Below the pieces are notes generated by a model that was not told the origin of the DNA, ran no database searches, and saw only the letters and a list, made by a program, of their open reading frames with translations. Source: Candidatus Jordarchaeia archaeon (GTDB lineage: Archaea; Asgardarchaeota; Jordiarchaeia; Jordiarchaeales; Jordiarchaeaceae). From it: 32,444 nucleotides of DNA. Of this stretch, positions 20,187 through 29,462 are shown piece after piece (the stretch's first letter is position 1; the number at the start of each line of letters is the position of its first letter). Where the stretch lies: positions 1-32,444 of the forward strand of contig JAHQXB010000005.1 in NCBI GenBank assembly GCA_029856435.1, written 5' to 3'. A program made the translations under genes and the position numbers.

Positions 20187-20858
20187 CTAGGTGAGAGATA
20201 TTCTTAGCCGAATTTTGTCTCCGTCTTTGAGGCTTAATTTTTCCCGGAGATATTCTGGTGCCACCACCTCTAAAACATCTTCTCCATAGTGGGTGCGTTG
20301 AATTAATAGCACGGCCCCCTCTACTTTTTCGTTGATGGAGGCTTTGAACATTTTGACGGCGCCAAAGGTTCTTCCCTTATTCTCAAACTGTTCAATCATA
20401 ATTCCAGGGTGTTTTTGTAGCATTTTTTTGGCTTGAAGATCCGAGTAGGATTTTAGCCTCAGATTTAGAGTTCCTGGGTAGGGTTCGAAGCCCAGTTTTT
20501 CTTTGAACTGTTTCTTATAACCATCAACTGAGATATAGTAGCCCCCCTCACGCATTCCGCTGAATAATTCACCCTCAATGATGAGAACCGGTGGCTTCTT
20601 GTCAAAGATTGTTTGAAGCCACAAATATATTTCCAAGAGCACATTCATTCCTTGATCCGTTAACCGAACAAACTGGCCTCTTCTCGTTATCTCTCGAGTT
20701 AGCCAACCCTTTTCCTCCAGCTGTTGTAAGCGTCGGGAGGCAGTTTGCTGACTTATATTCATTTTTTTACCCAGCTTAGTGGAGGATATTTCCAAGGACT
20801 TTGACTGTGCTCCCATTCTGGCCAGTGTGAAAAGAGTAAACCAGAGCTCTTCTTCCAA
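20187..20858 (-). CDS. ribK: CTP-dependent riboflavin kinase with N-terminal winged HTH (RbkR-type)
   Basis: HTH ISQQTASRRLQQLEEKG; kinase motifs SGMREGGYY, LGFEPYPGTLN, RTHY, EVVAPEYLREKL.LKDGD. Confidence 0.93.
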   Translation of the reverse strand: MEEELWFTLFTLARMGAQSKSLEISSTKLGKKMNISQQTASRRLQQLEEKGWLTREITRRGQFVRLTDQGMNVLLEIYLWLQTIFDKKPPVLIIEGELFSGMREGGYYISVDGYKKQFKEKLGFEPYPGTLNLRLKSYSDLQAKKMLQKHPGIMIEQFENKGRTFGAVKMFKASINEKVEGAVLLIQRTHYGEDVLEVVAPEYLREKLSLKDGDKIRLRISLT

Positions 20859-20952
20859 GGATTAACCCTCACTCAAATCAAGTCTTCAAAACATTAAGCG
20901 TACTCCTTTAATACCTTACGCATAACTTTTTTAACCGGATTAAAATTTTGAC

Positions 20953-22503
20953 CTACTCCACAGCTGCAGTCACTCTGAAGAATACAGGTCCTCTTATATC
21001 TATCTTTTTGCTTTTCGAGGTTATGAAATATCTCACTGAGGGGGTTACCTCTATGTTGACGTCGGAGGCCTTTTTCGCCATCCTTATTCTCAAATCGAGT
21101 TTTTTCTCATTTTTTTCGATCATTTCTTCGATCCTCCGCGCCACATAAGCTCCCAAAGCATCAAGATAGCGGATATCTGTCGGCGTTCCCACCGCCTTTT
21201 CTTCTGGGAGGCCAAGTATGTTTCCGTCATAAACATATATTCGGTTTAAGATGGCTGGGCCCAAAAGCTTGGTGTCCTTATCTTTTTCCACTATTTTGAC
21301 TGAAACCTTTTTTCCATCAATTATTCCACTCCAAGCTACGAATTCACAGGGAGCCTCAGCATCTTTATAAGTTTCTGCGGTTTTAATCAACTCCTGCATA
21401 ATTTTTTTCCCAGTCTCGGTTTGTGGCTTCTCTTCAATGTAGATTCCCTTAGCTATTTCCTCATCGGTAAATTCTACTTCCTTATAAAAGTAGGGATAGG
21501 AAAGCCTTCGGATATCTGTTTCTCCAGTTTTTATCATGACAAATCTTTCCATTCCAAAGCCGGCATTTAGTACTGGGTATTTTATACCAAACTTTGCGAG
21601 GCTGACTGGAGAGTAGAAACCGCTGTCCCCCACCTCCAGCCAATCTCCAGATTTGGGATGCTTCACGAATATTTCAAACTCTGTCTGGGGGGCATAATAC
21701 TTTGAGGTTGCCTTTTTAAACCGGAAATCTACTTCTTGGAAGCCTATCTTTTTCAGAAAGTCTCTAACAATTTCCATACCATCCTCCAAAGTTATCTCTT
21801 CCGCCATGATTACAAAGGATGCAGTATAGGAGGAATAAAGGTGGGTGGCATCTAATCTCTGCTCTCTCCTGAATTTTCTTCCTATGGTGAAAAGCTGTAT
21901 CGGAAGTTCCCACTTATTCATAACCGCAGAGAGAACTGGAAACCAAAGCGCAGTCATATGTGACCTCAAAGTCAAATCTGTGGGAACCGGTTTTCTCTTC
22001 TTAAACTCCAAAAAAACATTATCCAAAATACTCGTGGCCTGTTCTTCTCTGACTCCCAGCTCCGTAACCATAGTCTCAACCAAATCATCTGACTCTATCT
22101 CATTCTTTTTATACCGTCTTAGAATATCCTGTAACTCCTTAACTTTATCAAAATCGGGCACAATTTCCCTAATTTTTTTGATTGAATCAACACCTAGACC
22201 AATGTCGGGCCTTGGGAGTCCGGCTAAATAGAAGAGTCTGTCAAGTATGACTGGAGCCTCCGGACCGTATTCTTGGTAGACGTCGGATTCCTTAACTATC
22301 ATGGGAAGTACAACTTCCTCGAATCCCATTTCGATTAGAACCCGTCTAACCAAGCTGTTAAATTCAATTATGGGATTTGGGGCGCCCTTAGGCTCCAATT
22401 TGAATTTTCGGCCCTTTAGGGTGAGTAGATTTTTTGTTTCAATCCAAGCTTTTTCATAGTCTTGCTCTGCCTTTTCCAGTATTTTTTTTATGTCAAATTT
22501 CGT
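20953..22503 (-). CDS. sepS: O-phosphoseryl-tRNA(Cys) synthetase (SepRS); apparent ACG start
   Basis: N-terminus (M)KFDIKKILEKAEQDYEKAW; YGPEAPVILDRLFYLAGLPRPDIG; LTLRSHMT; FRREQ; KATSKYYAP.TE.E; DSGFYSP..LA; LNAGFGMER; PheRS-alpha-like class II fold with SepRS-type C-terminus. Confidence 0.88.
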   Translation of the reverse strand, partial: TKFDIKKILEKAEQDYEKAWIETKNLLTLKGRKFKLEPKGAPNPIIEFNSLVRRVLIEMGFEEVVLPMIVKESDVYQEYGPEAPVILDRLFYLAGLPRPDIGLGVDSIKKIREIVPDFDKVKELQDILRRYKKNEIESDDLVETMVTELGVREEQATSILDNVFLEFKKRKPVPTDLTLRSHMTALWFPVLSAVMNKWELPIQLFTIGRKFRREQRLDATHLYSSYTASFVIMAEEITLEDGMEIVRDFLKKIGFQEVDFRFKKATSKYYAPQTEFEIFVKHPKSGDWLEVGDSGFYSPVSLAKFGIKYPVLNAGFGMERFVMIKTGETDIRRLSYPYFYKEVEFTDEEIAKGIYIEEKPQTETGKKIMQELIKTAETYKDAEAPCEFVAWSGIIDGKKVSVKIVEKDKDTKLLGPAILNRIYVYDGNILGLPEEKAVGTPTDIRYLDALGAYVARRIEEMIEKNEKKLDLRIRMAKKASDVNIEVTPSVRYFITSKSKKIDIRGPVFFRVTAAVE

Positions 22504-23185
22504 CCTTTTTCCCTCCGAGGAGATCTGACAAATCTTGCATCTTCTTTATGAGCTGCTTGTTTTGAATCGCCAAGGTTATATCGCCGCGGGTTTTTTCAAC
22601 TAGGCTTCGAGCAACGTCACATTTGCGCCTTAATCCCGAGGTTAAGGCTTCAGGATAATCAATGGTCATAAGAAGCGTGTACACTTCCTCCATAAGATCA
22701 AGCAGAGATTCGGCCTTCTCTATATCCTCCCGCTTTATGGAGTCCAGAATATGTCTTCTCAGCTCACCAACCAGATCTCCCAAACCCAAAAGATAGGAAA
22801 CACATGGCACGTCCAAGGCCTCGAAAGAAATAAATTTATTATATCTGAGAAGCGAAAAAAGAAGGTTAGCCTCCGCATACTCCTGGTAGGCCGAACTAAT
22901 AAAGCCCTTATCTTTAAGTTCAGGGTACTTTTCAAGCTTTCTATTTATCTCGTCCACTTTAATTTTGGCTTCTTCAATTTTTTTCCTAGCTTTATCAAAA
23001 TCCAGACGATGAATGAATCTAACAGCTTGTCCCGAGAGCCTAATTATGTCTCGGGAGAGAGTGAGGGTTGACTCCCTCAAATTGTATTGTTCATTGAGGT
23101 AACTAGCAATACGGTTCACTATGCTCTCCAAATCGCTTGTTTCAACTGTTTCATCATTAGTCAACTTATTCTCCTCATCAATCAT
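22493..23185 (-). CDS. Translin/TRAX-family (C3PO-like) protein
   Basis: SRDIIRLS, YQEYAEA, YLLGLGDLVGELRR, GLRRKCDVAR..VEKT; start ATG 23185 or TTG 23209. Confidence 0.88.
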   Translation of the reverse strand: MIDEENKLTNDETVETSDLESIVNRIASYLNEQYNLRESTLTLSRDIIRLSGQAVRFIHRLDFDKARKKIEEAKIKVDEINRKLEKYPELKDKGFISSAYQEYAEANLLFSLLRYNKFISFEALDVPCVSYLLGLGDLVGELRRHILDSIKREDIEKAESLLDLMEEVYTLLMTIDYPEALTSGLRRKCDVARSLVEKTRGDITLAIQNKQLIKKMQDLSDLLGGKKDEI

Positions 23186-23390
23186 GCTTCTGAAGGGCAA
23201 AGGAAACAATTCAGAATTTTGAGAGGATAATGTACACGGCTAATTTGAATCTTTCTCATTCGTTTCCCACACATAACACAAAAAAACAGTTAGACATAAT
23301 ACAACGATTTTAAATATAATTAACAAATATATAATTAGCTTGTCTTGAAAACATCAAAACTATTCCTGTGCTGAGCGAGCTGATAGAGGA

Positions 23391-24197
23391 ATGGGACAAA
23401 ACTCCAAATATTATGGAGAAGAAATTGAGGACGCAGCCAGAATAATTATCACTTCCAAATATGTGGTAGCGCTTACAGGAGCCGGAATATCCGTAGCCAG
23501 TGGAATACCACCATTTAGAGGCCCAGGTGGACTCTGGACAAAACATGGAGAACCACCACCAAATGGTTATCAGAGATTCCTTGAAGACCCCGTAAAATGG
23601 TGGAGAGAAAGACTCACCAAAACTGGATTTTATCGCGATTTCATTGAAACACTCTCAACTGCCAACCCAAACCCCTCACACTTTGCCCTAGCCGAACTAG
23701 AAAAAATGGGATTCCTAAAATGTGTAATTACACAGAACATAGACAATCTCCACCGAAGAGCTGGCAGCCAAAACATCGCCGAAATCCATGGAAACGCATT
23801 CCTCCTAAGATGCATAGAGTGCGGCCAAAGATTCGAACCCCAAACATTTTCCATAACCATAGACAGCCTACCACCCAAATGCCCAACATGCAAAAGGGGA
23901 GTAATTAAAACTGACACCGTATTCTTCGGCGAGCCGATTCCCGAAGACGTACTCAAAAAATGCTTCGTGGAAGCCTCAAAATCAGACTGTATGCTCACCA
24001 TAGGAACAAGCGCACTTGTGTATCCCGCTGCAGGATTACCTATCAGGGCAAAACAGATGAATAACGCTTGGCTGATTGAAATTAATCCCTACGAAACTGC
24101 CATCTCAGACTTGTGTGATGTGGTAATTAGAAGACCGGCAGATGTAGCTTTGCCCCAAATTGTAAATAAAATTAAGGAGTTAAAGTGCCTCATTTAA
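23391..24197 (+). CDS. cobB: Sir2/CobB-family NAD-dependent protein deacylase
   Basis: TGAGISVASGIPPFRG, NPSH, TQNIDNLH, EIHG, CxxC...CxxC, VFFGE, GTSALVYPAA, IEIN. Confidence 0.95.
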   Translation: MGQNSKYYGEEIEDAARIIITSKYVVALTGAGISVASGIPPFRGPGGLWTKHGEPPPNGYQRFLEDPVKWWRERLTKTGFYRDFIETLSTANPNPSHFALAELEKMGFLKCVITQNIDNLHRRAGSQNIAEIHGNAFLLRCIECGQRFEPQTFSITIDSLPPKCPTCKRGVIKTDTVFFGEPIPEDVLKKCFVEASKSDCMLTIGTSALVYPAAGLPIRAKQMNNAWLIEINPYETAISDLCDVVIRRPADVALPQIVNKIKELKCLI

Positions 24198-24299
24198 AAG
24201 CCTCATAGTTCTTGCATCTTACTTGACATATTTAATATCTCTATTGGGTAATAGGTTTGTTGAAGAGTTAATTGTATCAAAACTTTTGGAGGGAAAAGA

Positions 24300-24530
24300 A
24301 TGATTATACTAATTGGAAGGGCTGCGGTTGGAAAGGAAATGAAGGTGGCTCAGGATTTAGCGAAACTGGATGAAGTTAGTGCTGTCTATTTGCTCACCGG
24401 AGAATACGATTTTCTGGCGGAAATCGACATTAAAGACGTGGAAGCAGGCATAGATTTCGTGCTGGATAAGGTTAGAAGAATTGGAGGAATCACGGAGACC
24501 AGAACAATGTTCACAAAAAAGGTAAAGTGA
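24300..24530 (+). CDS. Stand-alone Lrp/AsnC ligand-binding (RAM) domain protein
   Basis: VYLLTGEYDFLAEI and IGGITETRT motifs; 76 aa with no HTH; GGAGGG SD. Confidence 0.85.
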   Translation: MIILIGRAAVGKEMKVAQDLAKLDEVSAVYLLTGEYDFLAEIDIKDVEAGIDFVLDKVRRIGGITETRTMFTKKVK

Positions 24531-24586
24531 CAAAGAAACACTCAAAAGGGGAAGCTAAAATCCAAAAATCGGGAAAAGAGTCTTAT

Positions 24587-25051
24587 TCACTTCTTTGCCT
24601 GCTGCCTCCAGTTTTGGAAAGGTGTATTCTTACCCTCACCTTTGATTATCATGTAGGTGGCTAGGGCTTTACCCACAAGTCGGCCCTCATTTTTAACATC
24701 CGCCTCCCCTAGGGCTATTCTGGACCCTTTATGAATTATTCGTCCTTCTGCGATGATTTCTCCAGACTTTACCGGCGCTAAATAATTTACCTTAATTTCG
24801 ATTGTGGATAAAATGTCTCCCAAATCAACCAATGAGAATAATGCTATGGCTACAGCTGCGTCAGCAATGGAAGCCACAACTCCTCCATGTACGACTCCCT
24901 GTATCTGGAGCAAATCATTTTTGAAGGGTATTCTTAGTTTGGAGTAATTTTCGTTTATATCTACGACTTCCATTCCTAACAGTTTATAGTAGGGTGAAGA
25001 GTTCAAATAGTTTTTTATTAGCTTAATGTTTTCCTCAGTCAGCTCGACCAA
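24587..25051 (-). CDS. PaaI-family hotdog-fold thioesterase
   Basis: GVVHGGVVASIADAA, TIEIKVNYLAP, G.IIH.G.RI. Confidence 0.92.
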   Translation of the reverse strand: MVELTEENIKLIKNYLNSSPYYKLLGMEVVDINENYSKLRIPFKNDLLQIQGVVHGGVVASIADAAVAIALFSLVDLGDILSTIEIKVNYLAPVKSGEIIAEGRIIHKGSRIALGEADVKNEGRLVGKALATYMIIKGEGKNTPFQNWRQQAKK

Positions 25052-25156
25052 TTTTGACTACTCCATTTTCAGGTGATGTCTTTACAAAACTTTTTTGAAG
25101 GATTTAAAAATTTGGGAATCTAACCCGAATCTTTTGAAGCCAGCAATTAGTTCTCT

Positions 25157-25915
25157 TTAAAGAAGTGGTTGTATATAGTTCTTAACTATGTTTTTCAAGG
25201 GCGCTATTATTGCTGAGTTCTCTGGAAGTTCCAAGATGGATTTTCCAAGTAAATTAAACCGTGAAATGTTCTCATCGAGGGGTAAGGAAGCAACGCACTG
25301 AACGCCTATCTCCTTTGCAAAGTTGTACAGCATTTCTTCGGCATTTTTTGGAAATCTGTTACCTACAAGGTATATGTCTTTGAAGTTAATGTGTAGTTTT
25401 TTTGTGAGGTCAATTATCCTTGAAACTGTGAGGAACCCCATCTTTGAGGGATCAGTTATTATGAAAAAAGCATCCACGTCTCTGTCTGTTCTTCGGCTGA
25501 TGTGTTCTAATCCCGCCTCGGCATCAATTAAAACTATATCGTACAGCATTGTTAATGAATCTATTATCCGGGCTAAAACACGGTTTACGGTACAATAGCA
25601 TCCCTCTCTCTCGGTGAAGCCCATTGAGAGAAGGTCAAAGGCCCGATTTTCAGCCACAATTTCCCAAATCATTTGTTCCAGTGTGGCGTCAATTTCTTCT
25701 GAATCAGTTTCTCTACTGAGTCTGTCAACCAGGTCCCCAACTGTTTCTCCAACTCTGCATCCAAGAACAGTGGATAGATTCATGGAGGGATCAGCATCGA
25801 TGGCAAGCACTTCATATTTCCCCAACCCTATTAGCTCTCGTATTAGCAGAGCGGTGAAAGTTGTTTTTCCCACACCTCCTTTACCCGAAACTGACAAAAC
25901 TATACCATGAGACAA
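25157..25915 (-). CDS. CooC/AcsF-like nickel-insertion P-loop ATPase
   Basis: GKGGVGKTT deviant Walker A, IDADP, EGCYC (CxC nickel motif), DAEAGLEH, VGNR. Confidence 0.87.
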   Translation of the reverse strand: MSHGIVLSVSGKGGVGKTTFTALLIRELIGLGKYEVLAIDADPSMNLSTVLGCRVGETVGDLVDRLSRETDSEEIDATLEQMIWEIVAENRAFDLLSMGFTEREGCYCTVNRVLARIIDSLTMLYDIVLIDAEAGLEHISRRTDRDVDAFFIITDPSKMGFLTVSRIIDLTKKLHINFKDIYLVGNRFPKNAEEMLYNFAKEIGVQCVASLPLDENISRFNLLGKSILELPENSAIIAPLKNIVKNYIQPLL

Positions 25916-25930
25916 GTTAAAGACTCCTAA

Positions 25931-26596
25931 TTATTTTTCTCCTAATCTATAACGCAGATTTTCTCTCAATACAAGCTCGCAGAGGAAACGGAAGGACTTG
26001 TGGTTCTTCACCTCTTCAAACTCAGCGGGAACAAGTTCCTTAAGCAAACCCACTTCCCTATGGAAAACCTGGAAACCAACGCCACTATCAACACAATGAT
26101 CAAGAAAATCCTCGTCAACATAAAAAGGGAATACTAGGTATGCCCTATTACAGCAGTCTTTGAGCTCTCTAAGTGTGCGCACAGCCCTTATAGGGTTTTC
26201 AAACCCGCAATTAACCATTACACACTCCCGGGATGGTATCTGGTAGTCCCTCAAACGCCAGTAAGTAGCTTCACCATCAACTTTTTTCTCCACCCAAGTG
26301 GAGTTATCCAAAAACTCCCTAAAAGAAAAACCGCACTCTTTGGTTTCGCTTGTGAAGTTTGCCTCGCCAGTCCACTGCTCATCGTCCAGATAGTAAACAA
26401 TTTCTGGGGGGATAACTCCCCTCTCGACACGTTTTTTAAGCTCGCTTAGTTTGGGTTTAATGGCTGCAACACTGGGCCTATACTTCTTGCCAAGAATTTC
26501 TGGCTGTAAACATACATAGTAGCTCTGAGAAGCGAGGATAGCAGCCACAACTAAACTAAGAACTTCCTCAGTGATATCACTCAAGCTGATCACCAA
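25931..26596 (-). CDS. Hypothetical protein, possibly a degenerate PD-(D/E)XK nuclease fold
   Basis: 221-aa ORF tightly packed between taw1 and the cooC-like gene; no certain family. Confidence 0.7.
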   Translation of the reverse strand: MVISLSDITEEVLSLVVAAILASQSYYVCLQPEILGKKYRPSVAAIKPKLSELKKRVERGVIPPEIVYYLDDEQWTGEANFTSETKECGFSFREFLDNSTWVEKKVDGEATYWRLRDYQIPSRECVMVNCGFENPIRAVRTLRELKDCCNRAYLVFPFYVDEDFLDHCVDSGVGFQVFHREVGLLKELVPAEFEEVKNHKSFRFLCELVLRENLRYRLGEK

Positions 26597-26605
26597 AAAT
26601 TTACA

Positions 26606-27574
26606 CTAAGCCACTTTGATTGGTTTCTCCAGCCTGCTTAGAAGTGTGACCCTGCTGGGAACAGAATGGCCAAGAATATTGTACCCGGAAAACTCAGCAA
26701 TTTTCTCCGCGAATTTTTTCACGTCAGCAGCCCAAATCATATTATCCGCACTCAAACCACGGTAGAGGGAATAGCCAACAGAAACGTAGCTCTTACACTC
26801 CACATATGTGGGATTAGCCTTATCAACCAGTTTAGCATAACCCTCTGGATCCATAAAATTTAAACCGTTGGTTAGTGTTAGCCGCATAACTGTGGGACAA
26901 CTGAAACTACCCAACAGTTCCAAGGATTTCGTCAATCTCTCCCAAGCATCGCTGAGGAGAGGGCGGCAAACCCTGCTGTAAACCTCTTTATTTGGCCCAT
27001 AAACGGAAACATATAGCTGGGTGGGTTCTGTAATCTCTGCTAGCACCTCGGGAAGATTTCCATTGGTTACAAGAAATGTGGTCATTCCCCTACTGTGAAA
27101 TTCTTCAATCAAATCACTCAGGCGGGGATAAAGGGTTGGCTCACCAGCAAGACTTATCGCCACATGTTTGGGCTCCATAGCTTCCTTCCACTTTTGCAAA
27201 GAAACCTTAGTGTGGTGGGAGGGATTAAAACCGGATAATATTTTCCTTTGAGCCTTAAGGCTTCCTTCAACTATTTCCTCTGGGTCATCTATGTCCATTC
27301 CAAAGGCTAGTTGGTCCCAATTGTATCCCTGGTCTCCCGGTTCCACACGCCAGCAGGAGAGGCAGCGATTTGTGCAGTGGATTACCGTGGGGGTCATCTG
27401 CAAACATCTGTGTGATTTAATGTTATACCATTCTTGCTTATAGCAGTGTCTGCCCTGAACTAGACTATTTTGCAGCCAGCGGCATTTTTTAACTGCGGAG
27501 TGCCTCCCAACAATCTGGTATTTCTGCTTTTTGAGCAGTTTTAGAACATCGGGTGGAACCAATAACTTCTGCAT
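26606..27574 (-). CDS. taw1: Radical SAM 4-demethylwyosine synthase Taw1/TYW1
   Basis: HSAVKKC, CYK..WY.IKSHRCLQMTP, CTNRCLSCWR, HVAISLAGEPTLY, FLVTNG, TQLYVS; likely ATG 27574. Confidence 0.95.
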   Translation of the reverse strand: MQKLLVPPDVLKLLKKQKYQIVGRHSAVKKCRWLQNSLVQGRHCYKQEWYNIKSHRCLQMTPTVIHCTNRCLSCWRVEPGDQGYNWDQLAFGMDIDDPEEIVEGSLKAQRKILSGFNPSHHTKVSLQKWKEAMEPKHVAISLAGEPTLYPRLSDLIEEFHSRGMTTFLVTNGNLPEVLAEITEPTQLYVSVYGPNKEVYSRVCRPLLSDAWERLTKSLELLGSFSCPTVMRLTLTNGLNFMDPEGYAKLVDKANPTYVECKSYVSVGYSLYRGLSADNMIWAADVKKFAEKIAEFSGYNILGHSVPSRVTLLSRLEKPIKVA

Positions 27575-27669
27575 TATAGTTTCCTTCCAAAAATTGTAGA
27601 CTAAAAACACCCTTAAGTAAAAAAGATTCGGTTAGCTTAAAAATCCTGCGAGTTTTAAGTTCTGATATT

Positions 27670-29205
27670 TTAGTGTCTGAAATGCCTTATTCCAGTGTGG
27701 ATCATCACCATGTTGTGTTCATCAGCCGCCTCGGTGACCTCTTTGTCCCTCACCGAACCTCCTGGCTGGATTATTGCAGTTACACCAACCTTCGCCGCCT
27801 CGTCAACGGTGTCCCTGAAGGGAATGAAGCCGTCTGAACACAGAACTGCTCCCCTAGCCCTTTCTCCAGCCTTCTCTATGGCAATCTTTGCTGAGTCCAC
27901 TCTACTCATCTGGCCGGCTCCTATTCCCACAGCCATATCTTCAGTTACAAGAACAATGGCATTTGACTTCACGTATTTTACTAGCGTCCAACCAAAAAGC
28001 GCTGCCTTCCACTCCTTTTCGCTGGGTTTTCTCCTACTCACTACCCTGAATTGGTTCGGGTCTATCTTACCCACATCCATGGTTTCCACTAGGAGTCCAC
28101 CCACAACCTTTTTCATATCCCAGCCTGGTAGAGGCCTAGTTACGGGTGGCGTTTTTAGTAATCTCAAATTCTTCTTCTGTTTTAGGATTTTGAGAGCCTC
28201 ATCGCTGAAGCCTGGCGCAATTACCACCTCAATAAATGTTGAGGCTATTTGCTCCGCGGTTTCTCTGTCCACTTCGCGGTTTAAGCCCACGATGCCCCCA
28301 TACGCAGACACTTTATCCGTTTCATAAGCTTTCCTATAGGCTTCGCTGATTGTTTTTCCAGTGGCCGCGCCACAGGGATTGGTGTGCTTTATGATTGCCA
28401 CGGCAGGCTCCTCAAATTCCTTTACCAATTCGAATGCCGCATTGGCATCGTAGACATTGTTAAATGAAAGGGGTTTACCATGTAGTTGAACCGCATTAGC
28501 CACACATGACTCTACAACGTCGGGCTCCCTATAAAACGCCGCCTTTTGATGTGGATTCTCTCCATAACTCAAATCTTGAATCTTGTGATACCTTAGACTC
28601 AGATTTTTTGGAAATTCCTCTTCGGGAATAAACTTCTTTTGTAGAAAACTGGAGATTAGGTCATCGTACTCAGCAGTGTGTAGAAATGCTTCAATCGCCA
28701 AAATTTGCCTAGTTTTTGTGCTGACATCTCCCCCTTCCTCCAGCTCCTCTATGATTTCAGCGTATCTTGAAGGATTTACTACCACAACTACGCTTTTATA
28801 GTTCTTTGCTGCAGATCTAATCAGCGTTACACCGCCAATGTCAATGTTTTCCAAGGCTCTCTCCAAATCGTCGCTTTCTTTAATGGTTTTTCTGAAGGGA
28901 TAAAGATTAACTACCACCATATCTATGGGTGCAACTCCCAGCTTCTCAAGTTGACTTAAGTGTTCAGGGACTCTTTTCGCAAGTATGGCGGCGTGGATTA
29001 GGGGGTGAAGTGTTTTTACCCGTCCATCTAGCATCTCGGAAAACTTGGTAATGCTGGAAACAGGGGTTACAGGGACAGACTTTTTTAGTAGTTCCGCTGT
29101 GCCCTCTGTGGCAATTATTTCAACGCCCATTTCATGTAGTTTTAAGGCAAAATCGAGAATTCCACTCTTATCGGAAACGCTGATTAAAGCCCTCTTAATC
29201 ACCAT
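27670..29205 (-). CDS. purH: Bifunctional AICAR transformylase/IMP cyclohydrolase (bacterial-type PurH)
   Basis: ALISVSDK, GRVKTLHP, IDIGG, YGENPHQ, KHTNPCG, VKSNAI, GQMSRVDS, QPGGSVRD, GIRHFRH; likely ATG 29205. Confidence 0.96.
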   Translation of the reverse strand: MVIKRALISVSDKSGILDFALKLHEMGVEIIATEGTAELLKKSVPVTPVSSITKFSEMLDGRVKTLHPLIHAAILAKRVPEHLSQLEKLGVAPIDMVVVNLYPFRKTIKESDDLERALENIDIGGVTLIRSAAKNYKSVVVVVNPSRYAEIIEELEEGGDVSTKTRQILAIEAFLHTAEYDDLISSFLQKKFIPEEEFPKNLSLRYHKIQDLSYGENPHQKAAFYREPDVVESCVANAVQLHGKPLSFNNVYDANAAFELVKEFEEPAVAIIKHTNPCGAATGKTISEAYRKAYETDKVSAYGGIVGLNREVDRETAEQIASTFIEVVIAPGFSDEALKILKQKKNLRLLKTPPVTRPLPGWDMKKVVGGLLVETMDVGKIDPNQFRVVSRRKPSEKEWKAALFGWTLVKYVKSNAIVLVTEDMAVGIGAGQMSRVDSAKIAIEKAGERARGAVLCSDGFIPFRDTVDEAAKVGVTAIIQPGGSVRDKEVTEAADEHNMVMIHTGIRHFRH

Positions 29206-29462
29206 TACTTTTTCAACTCCCTTTAATGGAGTATATTCCAAGAAATTCACAATAAGCGTTTTCCGTAAAAAATCTACCTATTAATCTTCAGCTTTAGTGG
29301 TAAATCTCCTAAAAAATGTTTTAGAATCTCTTAAATGTTCTTACTAAAAAGTTGAAGCCCCACACCAATCCTGCATAAAAGTTTTATCCAAAAAAGCTAA
29401 TAATTATGGACTTTTCTAAATAATAATTAAAGACCACAGAAAATAGTTTTCAAAGAACATAT

